DNA of 64,000 nt from an uncultured delta proteobacterium (lineage in GTDB: Bacteria > Desulfobacterota > Desulfomonilia > UBA1062). The notes under the pieces were generated by a model. The model ran no database searches. It saw only the letters and a program-made list of their open reading frames with translations, and had not been told where the DNA came from. Below, in pieces: positions 48,548 to 57,546 of the stretch. Position 1 is the first letter of the stretch. Each line of letters opens with the position of its first letter. Made by a program: the position numbers and the translations under genes. Where the stretch lies: assembly GCA_963798485.1 (NCBI GenBank), contig CAWCTR010000014.1:1-64000 (forward strand), read 5' to 3'.

Positions 48548-49312
48548 ATGAGGCGCTTCAGTATTACCGTCACAGTATGTTTTATTCTTGGGTTATTTAT
48601 TGCGGTAGTTGCACCAACGGTTCTATGGTCGGCAGCCCCAATGAAAACTATTGTTATAGCAACAGATGCCACTTGGCCTCCTATGGAGATACTCGATGCC
48701 AACAAAAATATCGTCGGGTTTGACATAGACCTCTTAAATGCCGTGGCCAAAGAGGCAGGATTCAAGGTGGAGCTCAAGAACACCGCGTGGGATGACATCT
48801 TTGGCGGACTTGATCTTGGCAAATATAACGCCATCATCTCGTCGGTCACCATCACGGATGAGCGCAAAAAGAAATACGACTTCTCTTTGCCTTACATCAA
48901 TGCAGGTCAGGTGCTTGTAGTACCCAAGACCACAAAGGGCGTGAAGAAGGTCGCTGACATGAAAGGCAAAAAGATAGGAGCTCAGATCGGTACCACCGGC
49001 GCCATGGAAGTACAGAAAATCAAAACCGTCGAACTCAAGAATTATGACGAGATTGGCCAGGCCTTTGAAGACATGGCTGTGGGCAGGATCGATGGTTTAG
49101 TGTGCTACACGACTGTGGCTGCTGACTATGCATTGCAGAGGGCAGAGTACAAGGCCAAATTCATGATAGTTGGCGAGCCTTTCACCAAAGAACAGTACGG
49201 GATCGTGGTTAAGAAGGGCAACAAGCAGTTGCTCGACCTTCTCAACAAGGGCATCAAGGCAGTGCAGAAAAAAGGCTTAGACAAAGAGATTGAAAAGAAG
49301 TGGCTGAGATAG
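48548..49312 (+). CDS. Polar amino-acid ABC transporter substrate-binding protein
   Basis: Signal peptide, DATWPPME, GFDIDL, TITDERKK..DFS.PY, GAQIGTTG. Confidence 0.92.
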   Translation: MRRFSITVTVCFILGLFIAVVAPTVLWSAAPMKTIVIATDATWPPMEILDANKNIVGFDIDLLNAVAKEAGFKVELKNTAWDDIFGGLDLGKYNAIISSVTITDERKKKYDFSLPYINAGQVLVVPKTTKGVKKVADMKGKKIGAQIGTTGAMEVQKIKTVELKNYDEIGQAFEDMAVGRIDGLVCYTTVAADYALQRAEYKAKFMIVGEPFTKEQYGIVVKKGNKQLLDLLNKGIKAVQKKGLDKEIEKKWLR

Positions 49313-49421
49313 GCTTCAGAAAGAAGAAAAAGATAGAGGTATCATCCTTGAAGATGTTCACCCGAGCACTTCTTCAAGAATCCTACACATGAGCGTGCAC
49401 AGCAGTTTATGAGGCAGATCC

Positions 49422-49478
49422 TGTAGGAGCGTTTTCAGGCGTGACTGGACCGGAATCGCGGCTGAAACCGCTCCTACA
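49422..49478. repeat. GTAG-type REP doublet
   Basis: TGTAGGAGCGTTTTCAGGCGTGA ... ATCGCGGCTGAAACCGCTCCTACA. Confidence 0.85.
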
Positions 49479-49544
49479 ATATTAGGGTTACAGCTCCTAA
49501 ATCATTGACAACTCCCCAATGTGTATGCCAAAAACATCACCTGT

Positions 49545-49616
49545 GCCAGCGTAGCTCAGTGGTAGAGCAGCTGATTCGTAATCAGCAGGTCCGGGGTTCG
49601 ACCCCCCGCGCTGGCT
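49545..49616 (+). tRNA. tRNA-Thr(CGT), CCA not encoded
   Basis: GCCAGCG acceptor stem pairs with CGCTGGC; D arm TAGCTCAGTGGTAGAGC; anticodon arm GCTGA-TTCGTAA-TCAGC; T loop GGTTCGA. Confidence 0.96.
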
Positions 49617-49676
49617 TAGTATTTAAGCCAATCTATAGACAATTACACAATTCAATTTAATCTACTGGAGGTAGAG

Positions 49677-49796
49677 ATGAAGAAGCTTTTCATGCAAATT
49701 ATAGTTCTCGGCATTCTGGCTGGCGTTGGATACCTTGCTTGTAAAAAGTTTTGCAATAAGGGCAATTGTAGTTGCAGTGGCAAAAAAGAGGCTTAA
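49677..49796 (+). CDS. 39-aa single-TM Cys-rich small protein
   Basis: GGAGGT RBS; MKKLFMQIIVLGILAGVGYLACKKFCNKGNCSCSGKKEA; below the ORF-track length cutoff. Confidence 0.6.
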   Translation: MKKLFMQIIVLGILAGVGYLACKKFCNKGNCSCSGKKEA

Positions 49797-50302
49797 AACA
49801 TAAATCGTATAAGTTGACTTTCAAATCTTAAAACCAACATATCAGTTCCCACCCTCCTCACATAAAAAATCAGGCCATTTGCTGGCCTGATAAAGAGGAG
49901 GTTCTACGGGGAATGAATCTTGAAGAACCTACTATACTCATCGGCGTAAATCGGATTTGCATGAGTATCGTTATGATCACCCAAATTCTATCGCGTTCCC
50001 CATCTCCACAGAGATCCCACCATTCAAATACGAGGGTACCGGGAGGCATCCACACGATACAGCATTAGAGAGTATATCTGCATTAAATCTTGATCATGGC
50101 CGGGCGGCGATTATATTTAGAAATATACAAAAGGAGCAAAGCGTAAAGGATCACCCATTAAAAGGCCCCTGTCAATAAAAACATAGTTCACCATCGCACA
50201 TTTTTTTGCAGGTCTAACGTACAGCCAGCTTGGACCATTCCAATGATTCCTTTTCTGCGCCCTGTTTTTCGGTATTTATGGTTGCGATACGATCCGCACC
50301 AG

Positions 50303-50705
50303 GCACCCATCCGGCTTTAGACTGTACAATGAGAGGATGAGATTAGAGGAGTAGCCCTCTCAACCTGCACGTCCCTGACAGCATCTGCTGTCCCAGAAAA
50401 ATATCGGTTCCTTGCCATGTTCAATTGTGAGTTACACGATAAAAGGCTCTTCCGGCCACACCATAAAGACTCATGGCAAAGGCAGATCTGAACCATAGAA
50501 AGTTCCTCGCTGAATTCTTGTTTATATGAGAGGGGGAAACGGCGGAGCAACTACAAAAATGGTTCTTAGCCACCAAACACACAGTCTCGCCGCTTTCCCC
50601 TGCTCAGCAAAAGAGCATCTCTTCCTTGAACTCAACTCCATCCCTGAGGATATAGTAGCAGGCCCTGGCCAGCTTACTTGCTATGGTCTTGACCGCTACC
50701 ATCAT
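50303..50705 (-). mobile_element. IS110/IS1111-family remnant: transposase C-terminal tail plus structured 3' non-coding end
   Basis: 50705-50604 reads MMVAVKTIASKLARACYYILRDGVEFKEEMLFC*, typical of IS110 C-termini; followed by hairpins at 50533-50600, 50412-50479 and 50377-50392. Confidence 0.7.
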
Positions 50706-50747
50706 ATTAGACATATCATCCGAATCCGTTTGCATGAGGAGGCAATT

Positions 50748-51146
50748 GTGAAAATGCTGCATACCAAACGATTATCTTCCAACGCAATGGCTCTGCTGCT
50801 TCTCATACTATTGTTTGTTATACCCTTGCCCTCCCATGCGGCGTATGTCTACACGTATACGGGCAACCCTTTCACCGGCGGTACCTTGTCACCCCCTTGC
50901 GGAGATAATTTGATGATGCAGTTAACAGTGCAAACCCCCATTACAGCCAACTATACCGCATACATCGATGAAACTTTGTCACCCTCCGCCCTGCTGACCA
51001 TTGTTACCGGGACGGTAACTCCCTTTACCCAAACACTCTCCCTGACCAAAGTCATGATCTACGCGACAGGATCTAACGGGCAACCTACATCGTGGTACAT
51101 AGACACAGGAGGGATACCATACGGCAACGAATCCATATGGTTTTGA
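50748..51146 (+). CDS. Secreted hypothetical protein, possibly truncated
   Basis: GAGGAGG RBS with GTG start; signal peptide ending SHA-AYVYTYTGNPF; abrupt end. Confidence 0.5.
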   Translation: MKMLHTKRLSSNAMALLLLILLFVIPLPSHAAYVYTYTGNPFTGGTLSPPCGDNLMMQLTVQTPITANYTAYIDETLSPSALLTIVTGTVTPFTQTLSLTKVMIYATGSNGQPTSWYIDTGGIPYGNESIWF

Positions 51147-51195
51147 AAAACCCAACTTAGTTCGTCGCCTATGGTAGAGGATGTTACTATGAGAG

Positions 51196-53514
51196 TTAAT
51201 GATTCTCCAATAAACTATCAAAGTATTTGGTATTCCTCAAGTTGTCTAGATCATGATCTTTTTTTAGCAGATCCCAGTTATTGAAACCTTTCTTTATCGC
51301 CTTATCTAGAAAATTTCTCGACTCTTTTAATTTGTTCTGTCTGCAGGAGATACATGCTAAATTGTAATAAATCTCTGGATTTTCAGGTGTTATGCTTAGT
51401 TCTTTCATAAAATAATCAATTGTTCTATTGTATTGCCCCTTCATTGAATAATATACAGCCAAAGAGTTTAGTATCTTCAGATCATGTGGATTGTATCTCA
51501 AGACATCTTCGAGCTTTGATATGGATGCATCAATCTTTTTCATCTGAGCCGTCAAAAGGGGAAGGTATTTTTGTGCAGTGTCAAGATCTGGTCTTAGTTT
51601 CAGAGCATCAGTATACTCCCTAACAGCATCACCAATTTGATTTACGCTCATAAGAGAATAGCCAAGATTCTGGTGAATCATAGCAAGGTCTGTATAAATG
51701 TCATCGCCCCACAAATAATTAGCTAATGGATAATTCTGGACTATCTTTATAGCATCTGAGTAAACTCCGATCGCATCATTATATTTCCTTTGGGCAAGAA
51801 GGGTATTGCCGACATGGAGCTTTCCATTAATTGCCAACCTTGCCTGCAGGGAACAAAGCGGATTTGGTTCCATCGCCTTTACAATATTTTTTGCAACTTC
51901 AAGATCACCAACCGATAAGGCAAACTTCATAATATTATAAGCCTTATAAATGCCGACCTTATATATGGATCCTGCAAAGGAAGGGGTTTGTTGAGATAAA
52001 TTTATTCTATTTGATCGGAAGATGCATGCTGAAGGCCCATAGTAAACAAGCTTCCAATCTGGAGAGGTAATGAAATATTGGAGTACTGGTGTGTCATAGG
52101 AGAGGCACCATAGATCGCAATTATATTTTTTTAATAGAACTTCTATTGTTGCTTTATCTTCACTATCTTCGAATTTATTTTCTTCATCATACCATTTAGA
52201 ATATGGGAAATATCTTGCATCAATAAATATCTTTTTGTCAGGCCATAACGACCAAAGCAAATATGATCCGCAGTAGTAATCATTACCTACGTTTTGATAT
52301 GGATAATTCATATGTATAAAGCTTGATTCTTGTTTTGGACTTATATAATCAGTGTTGAATCCGATAGCTGGAATACAATAAGTCTCATATAGAGCTCGTG
52401 TAGAAAAAAATAACAAAAGGATAATTGTAATGCTATGGATAGCAATTTTCAGTGGTTTTATTATAAATAGTTCCGAATTATCCTGAGACAACTTTTTCAT
52501 TAAGTAACTAGATGAAAAGGCAAAGATAACTGCCCAAAAATATGTTGCCCTCAAGTATTTAATGTATATGATCAGGAATGATGCATTTACCAACAGCAGT
52601 GCCCAATCAGTTCTATTTCGTCTTAATTGAGCAATCATGAGAATGATAAGTATTCCTGAAGAAACTATCATGTAATCTATGAAATGCAAAGTTAATGCTT
52701 GAGGAAAAAAGATAGACTGATATTCAGCTATGGTTATCATATGTCTTCTAATTTCTTCAGGATTAACAACTAGATTATTTAATAATTGGATTGGGTATTG
52801 CATTCCATATGGCGTTATCAACAAAGCAAGGCTACTTAATATAATTGATATAAATAGGTGCTTTCTAAATCTGGAATCGAGCTGTTCTGACGACCCCAAA
52901 AGCCAATTTAATACTTCACCTGTTAAAACCAGATCCAGGAATAAGATCCCGAAAATGAAACCGCCATGAGAGTTAACCCATATCAAAATAAGTATTGGGA
53001 ATAAATAAAATAGAGGCCAAGCTTTGTCTGGTTGGGTCTTGATTCTGAGCCAAGCCCATACCATAATCGTCATCAATAAAAATGAGAAAAGTTCGGCTTT
53101 TATACGAAGCCCAGCATAGGACATGAGTATACTAGTCAGGCCTATGAAAAATATAGATGGAAAGAAGCCAGGGTGATATTTTTTAGGATATGAAAAAGCT
53201 AGCAATATGAATACCGTGATGAACAGATACCTGAGAGCATAAAGCATCTGCAGGCCTCCTGCTTTAAAAAGCAAATAAAAGAAGATCTCAGGTATCCATG
53301 CACAATAGATAGTGGTATTTTCAGCAGGTGTCCAACTGAAGATAGAATGATCAGGTATTAGCGTATGGTTTGCCAAAAAATATCGACCATAAGCGAGATG
53401 AAACCAGATATCTCCATCAGTTATAGGTTCTGCATATCTAAGAGCAATTGTAGCAAGCACTACAATTCCAAGAAGAATAAGAAATAGTTGGGTACTATAA
53501 CGATATTTACTCAT
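51196..53514 (-). CDS. Multi-TM GT-C-like membrane protein with C-terminal TPRs
   Basis: D.DIWFHL..GRY first-loop motif, W.NSHGGF, many TM segments, FIDAR, TPR motifs, YYNLAC...A...G. Confidence 0.75.
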   Translation of the reverse strand: MSKYRYSTQLFLILLGIVVLATIALRYAEPITDGDIWFHLAYGRYFLANHTLIPDHSIFSWTPAENTTIYCAWIPEIFFYLLFKAGGLQMLYALRYLFITVFILLAFSYPKKYHPGFFPSIFFIGLTSILMSYAGLRIKAELFSFLLMTIMVWAWLRIKTQPDKAWPLFYLFPILILIWVNSHGGFIFGILFLDLVLTGEVLNWLLGSSEQLDSRFRKHLFISIILSSLALLITPYGMQYPIQLLNNLVVNPEEIRRHMITIAEYQSIFFPQALTLHFIDYMIVSSGILIILMIAQLRRNRTDWALLLVNASFLIIYIKYLRATYFWAVIFAFSSSYLMKKLSQDNSELFIIKPLKIAIHSITIILLLFFSTRALYETYCIPAIGFNTDYISPKQESSFIHMNYPYQNVGNDYYCGSYLLWSLWPDKKIFIDARYFPYSKWYDEENKFEDSEDKATIEVLLKKYNCDLWCLSYDTPVLQYFITSPDWKLVYYGPSACIFRSNRINLSQQTPSFAGSIYKVGIYKAYNIMKFALSVGDLEVAKNIVKAMEPNPLCSLQARLAINGKLHVGNTLLAQRKYNDAIGVYSDAIKIVQNYPLANYLWGDDIYTDLAMIHQNLGYSLMSVNQIGDAVREYTDALKLRPDLDTAQKYLPLLTAQMKKIDASISKLEDVLRYNPHDLKILNSLAVYYSMKGQYNRTIDYFMKELSITPENPEIYYNLACISCRQNKLKESRNFLDKAIKKGFNNWDLLKKDHDLDNLRNTKYFDSLLENH

Positions 53515-53696
53515 CTTCAGCTTATAAAAATATATTGAAATAATAATAAGATATACAATTGATCCATTTTGTACAATATCGAATATTATAAACCAAAAAC
53601 GTTAACGAAAGATTGAACTTGTTTGTGTAAAATACAAACAAAATGAACTACTCCAATATCAAAAAATATTTACCGTTTCGATTTCCCTTTGTGCAC

Positions 53697-54848
53697 CTAT
53701 AGAGATCGATAAAAACCTTTGATCTTCTCAACAACATAGCTAACATCATTCTCACTCATTTCATAATACAGCGGCAGTCTGAGTAGACGGTTACTGATGT
53801 CATTGGTCACATCCATGGTACCGCTCACCCTACAATACTGCATGCCTGCTTTGGACGAATGTAGTGGCACATAGTGGAATACAGAGCATATACCTGACTT
53901 CTTCAGGTGCTCGATAAGCTTTGTCCGTTCAGCGAGTGAGTCGGATATGATGTAGAATATGTGGCCATTGCTTGCACAATTACAATCTATAAAGGGAAGT
54001 CGTATAAGCCCTTTATCTGCAATGGGCTTCAATAAGGCATAATATTGATCGAATAACGCCCTCCTCTTGGCAATGATCTGATCCGCCAGATCCATCTGAG
54101 CATAGAGGAATGCACTCACAAGCTCACTGGGTAGGTACGATGATCCGATATCCACCCAACTGTATTTATCGATCTCCCCCCTGAAGAAGCGAGCCCTATC
54201 GGTCCCTTTTTCACGGATGATCTCAGCACGCTTTATAAACTGTTCGTCATTTACTAGCAAAGCACCCCCCTCACCGCTGATGATATTCTTGGTCTCGTGG
54301 AAGCTCAAAGCCCCAAGATGCCCGATGGTGCCCAGGAATTTCCCCTTATAGGTCGACAGCAGGGCCTGAGCTGCATCCTCTACAACAAGCAGTCCGTGAT
54401 CATTGGCAATACGCATGATCTCATCCATGGCACAAGGAACACCTGCATAATGCACTGGGACGATAACTCTGGTCCTTCCTGTAATAGCATCTTCAATCTG
54501 TCTTTCATCGATGTTAAGAGTATCAGGCCTTATATCAATGAATACAGGAACTCCTCCCCTGAGAACAAAGGCATTCGCAGAAGAGACGAATGTGAATGAA
54601 GGCAAAATAATCTCATCTCCATGATTGATATCACAAAGAATAGCAGACATCTCAAGAGCAGCTGTACAGGAATGGGTGAGCAGGGCTTTTGAACAACTTA
54701 ACTTATTTTCAAGCCATGCATGACATTGTTTTGTATATTCTCCATCTCCGGCAAGATGTCCCTTGAGAACCGCCTGGGCTATATTGTATAGTTCTTTGCC
54801 TGCAATAAAAGGCTTATTGAATGGAATACAGATCCTACTGTCATCCAT
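53697..54848 (-). CDS. wecE: dTDP-4-amino-4,6-dideoxygalactose transaminase
   Basis: IPFNKP, LLTHSCTAALEM, VEDAAQA, SFHETKN..SGEGG, REKGT.R..F.RG..DKY.W. Confidence 0.92.
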   Translation of the reverse strand: MDDSRICIPFNKPFIAGKELYNIAQAVLKGHLAGDGEYTKQCHAWLENKLSCSKALLTHSCTAALEMSAILCDINHGDEIILPSFTFVSSANAFVLRGGVPVFIDIRPDTLNIDERQIEDAITGRTRVIVPVHYAGVPCAMDEIMRIANDHGLLVVEDAAQALLSTYKGKFLGTIGHLGALSFHETKNIISGEGGALLVNDEQFIKRAEIIREKGTDRARFFRGEIDKYSWVDIGSSYLPSELVSAFLYAQMDLADQIIAKRRALFDQYYALLKPIADKGLIRLPFIDCNCASNGHIFYIISDSLAERTKLIEHLKKSGICSVFHYVPLHSSKAGMQYCRVSGTMDVTNDISNRLLRLPLYYEMSENDVSYVVEKIKGFYRSL

Positions 54849-54868
54849 ATGATTCCCTATAGTTGTTC

Positions 54869-55231
54869 CTAACCTTGTGCACTGATAATTATTCCACCAA
54901 TAATACATATTATGCCAATTATCTTTGCAATGTTAATTGGCTCATGGAAAAATGTAACGCTGAATACTAGTACAAGAACAAATGACAGGCTCATGAAAGG
55001 ATATGCAAAACTCAAATCAAATTTCGTCATGGCAGCCATCCAGCACAATGCAGCAAGAAATGCTGCAAGGAATGCAGATATGATCCAAAAATTCTTAAAC
55101 ATGGTCAAGAGAAAGATCAATTTATCAAACAATTGAGCAGGTAATGGAAGTGTCTTGGTCATTTGCCACTTTATAACTAATTGACCATACACTGTGAAGA
55201 ATACCGTACCAAGTATATAAAAGTATCTCAT
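54869..55231 (-). CDS. SMR/EamA-like small membrane protein (ArnE/F-type flippase candidate)
   Basis: 4 TM segments; LSFAYPFMSL...FFHEP. Confidence 0.8.
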   Translation of the reverse strand: MRYFYILGTVFFTVYGQLVIKWQMTKTLPLPAQLFDKLIFLLTMFKNFWIISAFLAAFLAALCWMAAMTKFDLSFAYPFMSLSFVLVLVFSVTFFHEPINIAKIIGIICIIGGIIISAQG

Positions 55232-55336
55232 AGTATTTTATTAGTTAGGGATACAAAATATCCCCATTATCTATCTCATCCACATGCGTATGTATCATCC
55301 TAAAGCTCAGATACTCCATTCTTAAGTACAACAATT

Positions 55337-56089
55337 TCATACATCCATAGTATCAAACCATTTGTGTAAGGTGTAATACGAGTCATTTGGCTCGAATCCA
55401 AGACGAGACCACACTTTCTGTACCGCAACATTTGTGACTTGTGTCGAAACGACCATCTTCTCACAACCTTGTTCAATGCACCACTTCATCCCGCCAGTTA
55501 TGAGGAGTCGATAGATCCCTTTTCCCTGGAATGAAGGAGCTACGGCAAAGAGCAAACCCTCTCCTTCATCCAGGCTGTTTATCCGCATAGTCCCAAAGCC
55601 CCCGATTTTCCCATCATATTCTGCTACTAGCACTTCATCAGCAATCTTGGTTGAGAGGCACGATCGATATGCCCAATCCATATATACCTCATCGCACTTT
55701 GCCTTATCCAGTCTTTGATCTGCATGATAATGGCCTAAGTAGCCTTTGAAAGTTTCGGCGGAAATTAATTTAATAATTTTTTCCTCACCGGCTCTTAAAG
55801 GCCTGATGTTTACTTCTGGGGTATATTCAGGTGGAAGGTTCTTCTTCAGATTGCATAAATAATATATAAGAGTATCCATGAGCAGGAAACCCAGGCCTTC
55901 CATTACCTGGACAAGGTTTAACTCCTTGGTCAAGCAACGGGCTATAAGTAGTTCCACCTTATTGTCATGACAAAATCTTAAAACCTCTGCAATGTCATGA
56001 ACCTTTAGCGCTAACGCTTTTGCGGTTTTTATCCCAAAATGCTCTTCATCTATTTGAGAAAGGATAACTGAAGAATTGTCTATAGTCAT
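55337..56089 (-). CDS. GNAT acetyltransferase, WecD-like
   Basis: F.G..GHYHAD..L...Y..W, AV....QGKG, VSTQ..N...Q......GF. Confidence 0.78.
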   Translation of the reverse strand: MTIDNSSVILSQIDEEHFGIKTAKALALKVHDIAEVLRFCHDNKVELLIARCLTKELNLVQVMEGLGFLLMDTLIYYLCNLKKNLPPEYTPEVNIRPLRAGEEKIIKLISAETFKGYLGHYHADQRLDKAKCDEVYMDWAYRSCLSTKIADEVLVAEYDGKIGGFGTMRINSLDEGEGLLFAVAPSFQGKGIYRLLITGGMKWCIEQGCEKMVVSTQVTNVAVQKVWSRLGFEPNDSYYTLHKWFDTMDV

Positions 56090-57021
56090 GATTTCTCTTT
56101 GACAGACTCCCTGATCTCACGGATTACACTGCTTGGTCGGTCCATAGACCGAAAATGGACCCGGCCCAGGTATTCTCCGAAGATACCGAGCATCAGGAGT
56201 TGCACTCCTGAGAATATGGCAATAAGACATGCGAGGAAAGAAAAGCCCGGCACACTGCCCCCATGGATAAAGTAATTCCCTACTACATAGAAAAGAATAA
56301 TCAGCCCAAAGGCCGTGAACAAAAACCCAATTATGCTTGCAAGCTGCAGAGGCAAAGGGCTGAACCCTGTCATCATGTTTAAGGCATGATTTAGAAGCTT
56401 CCAGAGGGTGTAGTTCGATATCCCTGCCTTTCTTGGATCATGTCTGACAGGAACTGATGTGAAGCGTGTTGTGCCCCATGTAAGAAGTACATCCAGTGAA
56501 ACAAACGACCCTCGGTAATCGACAAAGGCATCACGCACCTGCGTACGAAATACCCTGAAGGCGCTTACCATTTGGGCTGTCCCCGCACCTATCGTTGCCT
56601 TCAACGAAGTCTTTGTGATGAATGAAGCCATATCTCTCCACAGGCCATGCTGCTGCTTTATGGGCGATCCATATACAACATCGAAGCCATTACCTAGCTT
56701 TTCTGTGAGCTTGGGGATCTCCTCTGGGGGATGTTGGAGATCGTCATCAATAGTGACAATTGTCTCAAGCCTTGCTTCTCTGATGCCGCAGAGGAGTGCA
56801 TTATGCTGTCCGTAATTCCGCATCAGATTGATGCCCCTTACCCAGGAGTGCTTATCTATGAGGGAGCATATGACCTCCCAGCTGTCATCTCTGCTTCCAT
56901 CATTAACAAGTATTAGCTCATATGAGAAATAGTACGCCGCCAAAACAGGTTCCAGCCTAGCAACGAGTTCAGAAAGAATACTGCTGCTATTATATACCGG
57001 TATGACAACAGATACATCCAT
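56086..57021 (-). CDS. GT2 glycosyltransferase, ArnC/GtrB-like (polyprenol-phosphate sugar synthase)
   Basis: VVIPVYN, VNDGSRD, RNYGQHNA, DDDLQHPPEEI, two C-terminal TM segments, GEYLGR. Confidence 0.9.
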   Translation of the reverse strand: MDVSVVIPVYNSSSILSELVARLEPVLAAYYFSYELILVNDGSRDDSWEVICSLIDKHSWVRGINLMRNYGQHNALLCGIREARLETIVTIDDDLQHPPEEIPKLTEKLGNGFDVVYGSPIKQQHGLWRDMASFITKTSLKATIGAGTAQMVSAFRVFRTQVRDAFVDYRGSFVSLDVLLTWGTTRFTSVPVRHDPRKAGISNYTLWKLLNHALNMMTGFSPLPLQLASIIGFLFTAFGLIILFYVVGNYFIHGGSVPGFSFLACLIAIFSGVQLLMLGIFGEYLGRVHFRSMDRPSSVIREIRESVKEKS

Positions 57022-57546
57022 ACTAATTGATCCCGTTAAATCTATATTGTAAGCTATATATTAACACGAATGTTTATCTAAGGATACGTGATTTCATGTA
57101 AGTGTACAAAACATACATGGGTCTACCACTTTGATAATTGCTGTATCTAAGCATAATATCCAATTACTAAGATCTTATTGGGTATTAATGCGGAGATTGT
57201 TGCTTTAAACGTTGATTGGATATCGGGCATTTTTATAGCCCAAAAATGTTACCCTATGGATTCGGGATTCACTGGGTCTCTTTTATATTTCATCCATATC
57301 ACAAAACCATTGATAACTTCGATAAAGTGCGCCACGAAGGCGCGGAGAGGTAGTCAGAAAAAACTACATTGGAGCAGCCATGCTGCATGGAAAATGAGGG
57401 GGAGGCCCCTCGGGATCGGGGTACAGGATCAGATTCCAAACCGCCTGGCGCTGCGTGGGGATAAGATCCCAGGTGGTGAGCGGTCCAGGAAAAGGCGAGG
57501 CAAGACCTCGTCACCCATTAAAAGGTTCTGTCAATGAGAAAGGTTC

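Noticed and set aside
49545-49616. tRNA-Thr as the att site of an intact integrative element
   Set aside because: I found no duplicated tRNA 3' end and no intact integrase in the window.
50526-50747. N-terminal extension of the 206-aa ORF
   Set aside because: It is antisense to the IS110 remnant; the RBS and signal peptide point to a start at 50748.
57330-57510. GC-rich patch upstream of the GT2 gene as an ncRNA or small CDS
   Set aside because: Compositionally odd, but I find no convincing structure, RBS or recognisable peptide; left unassigned.
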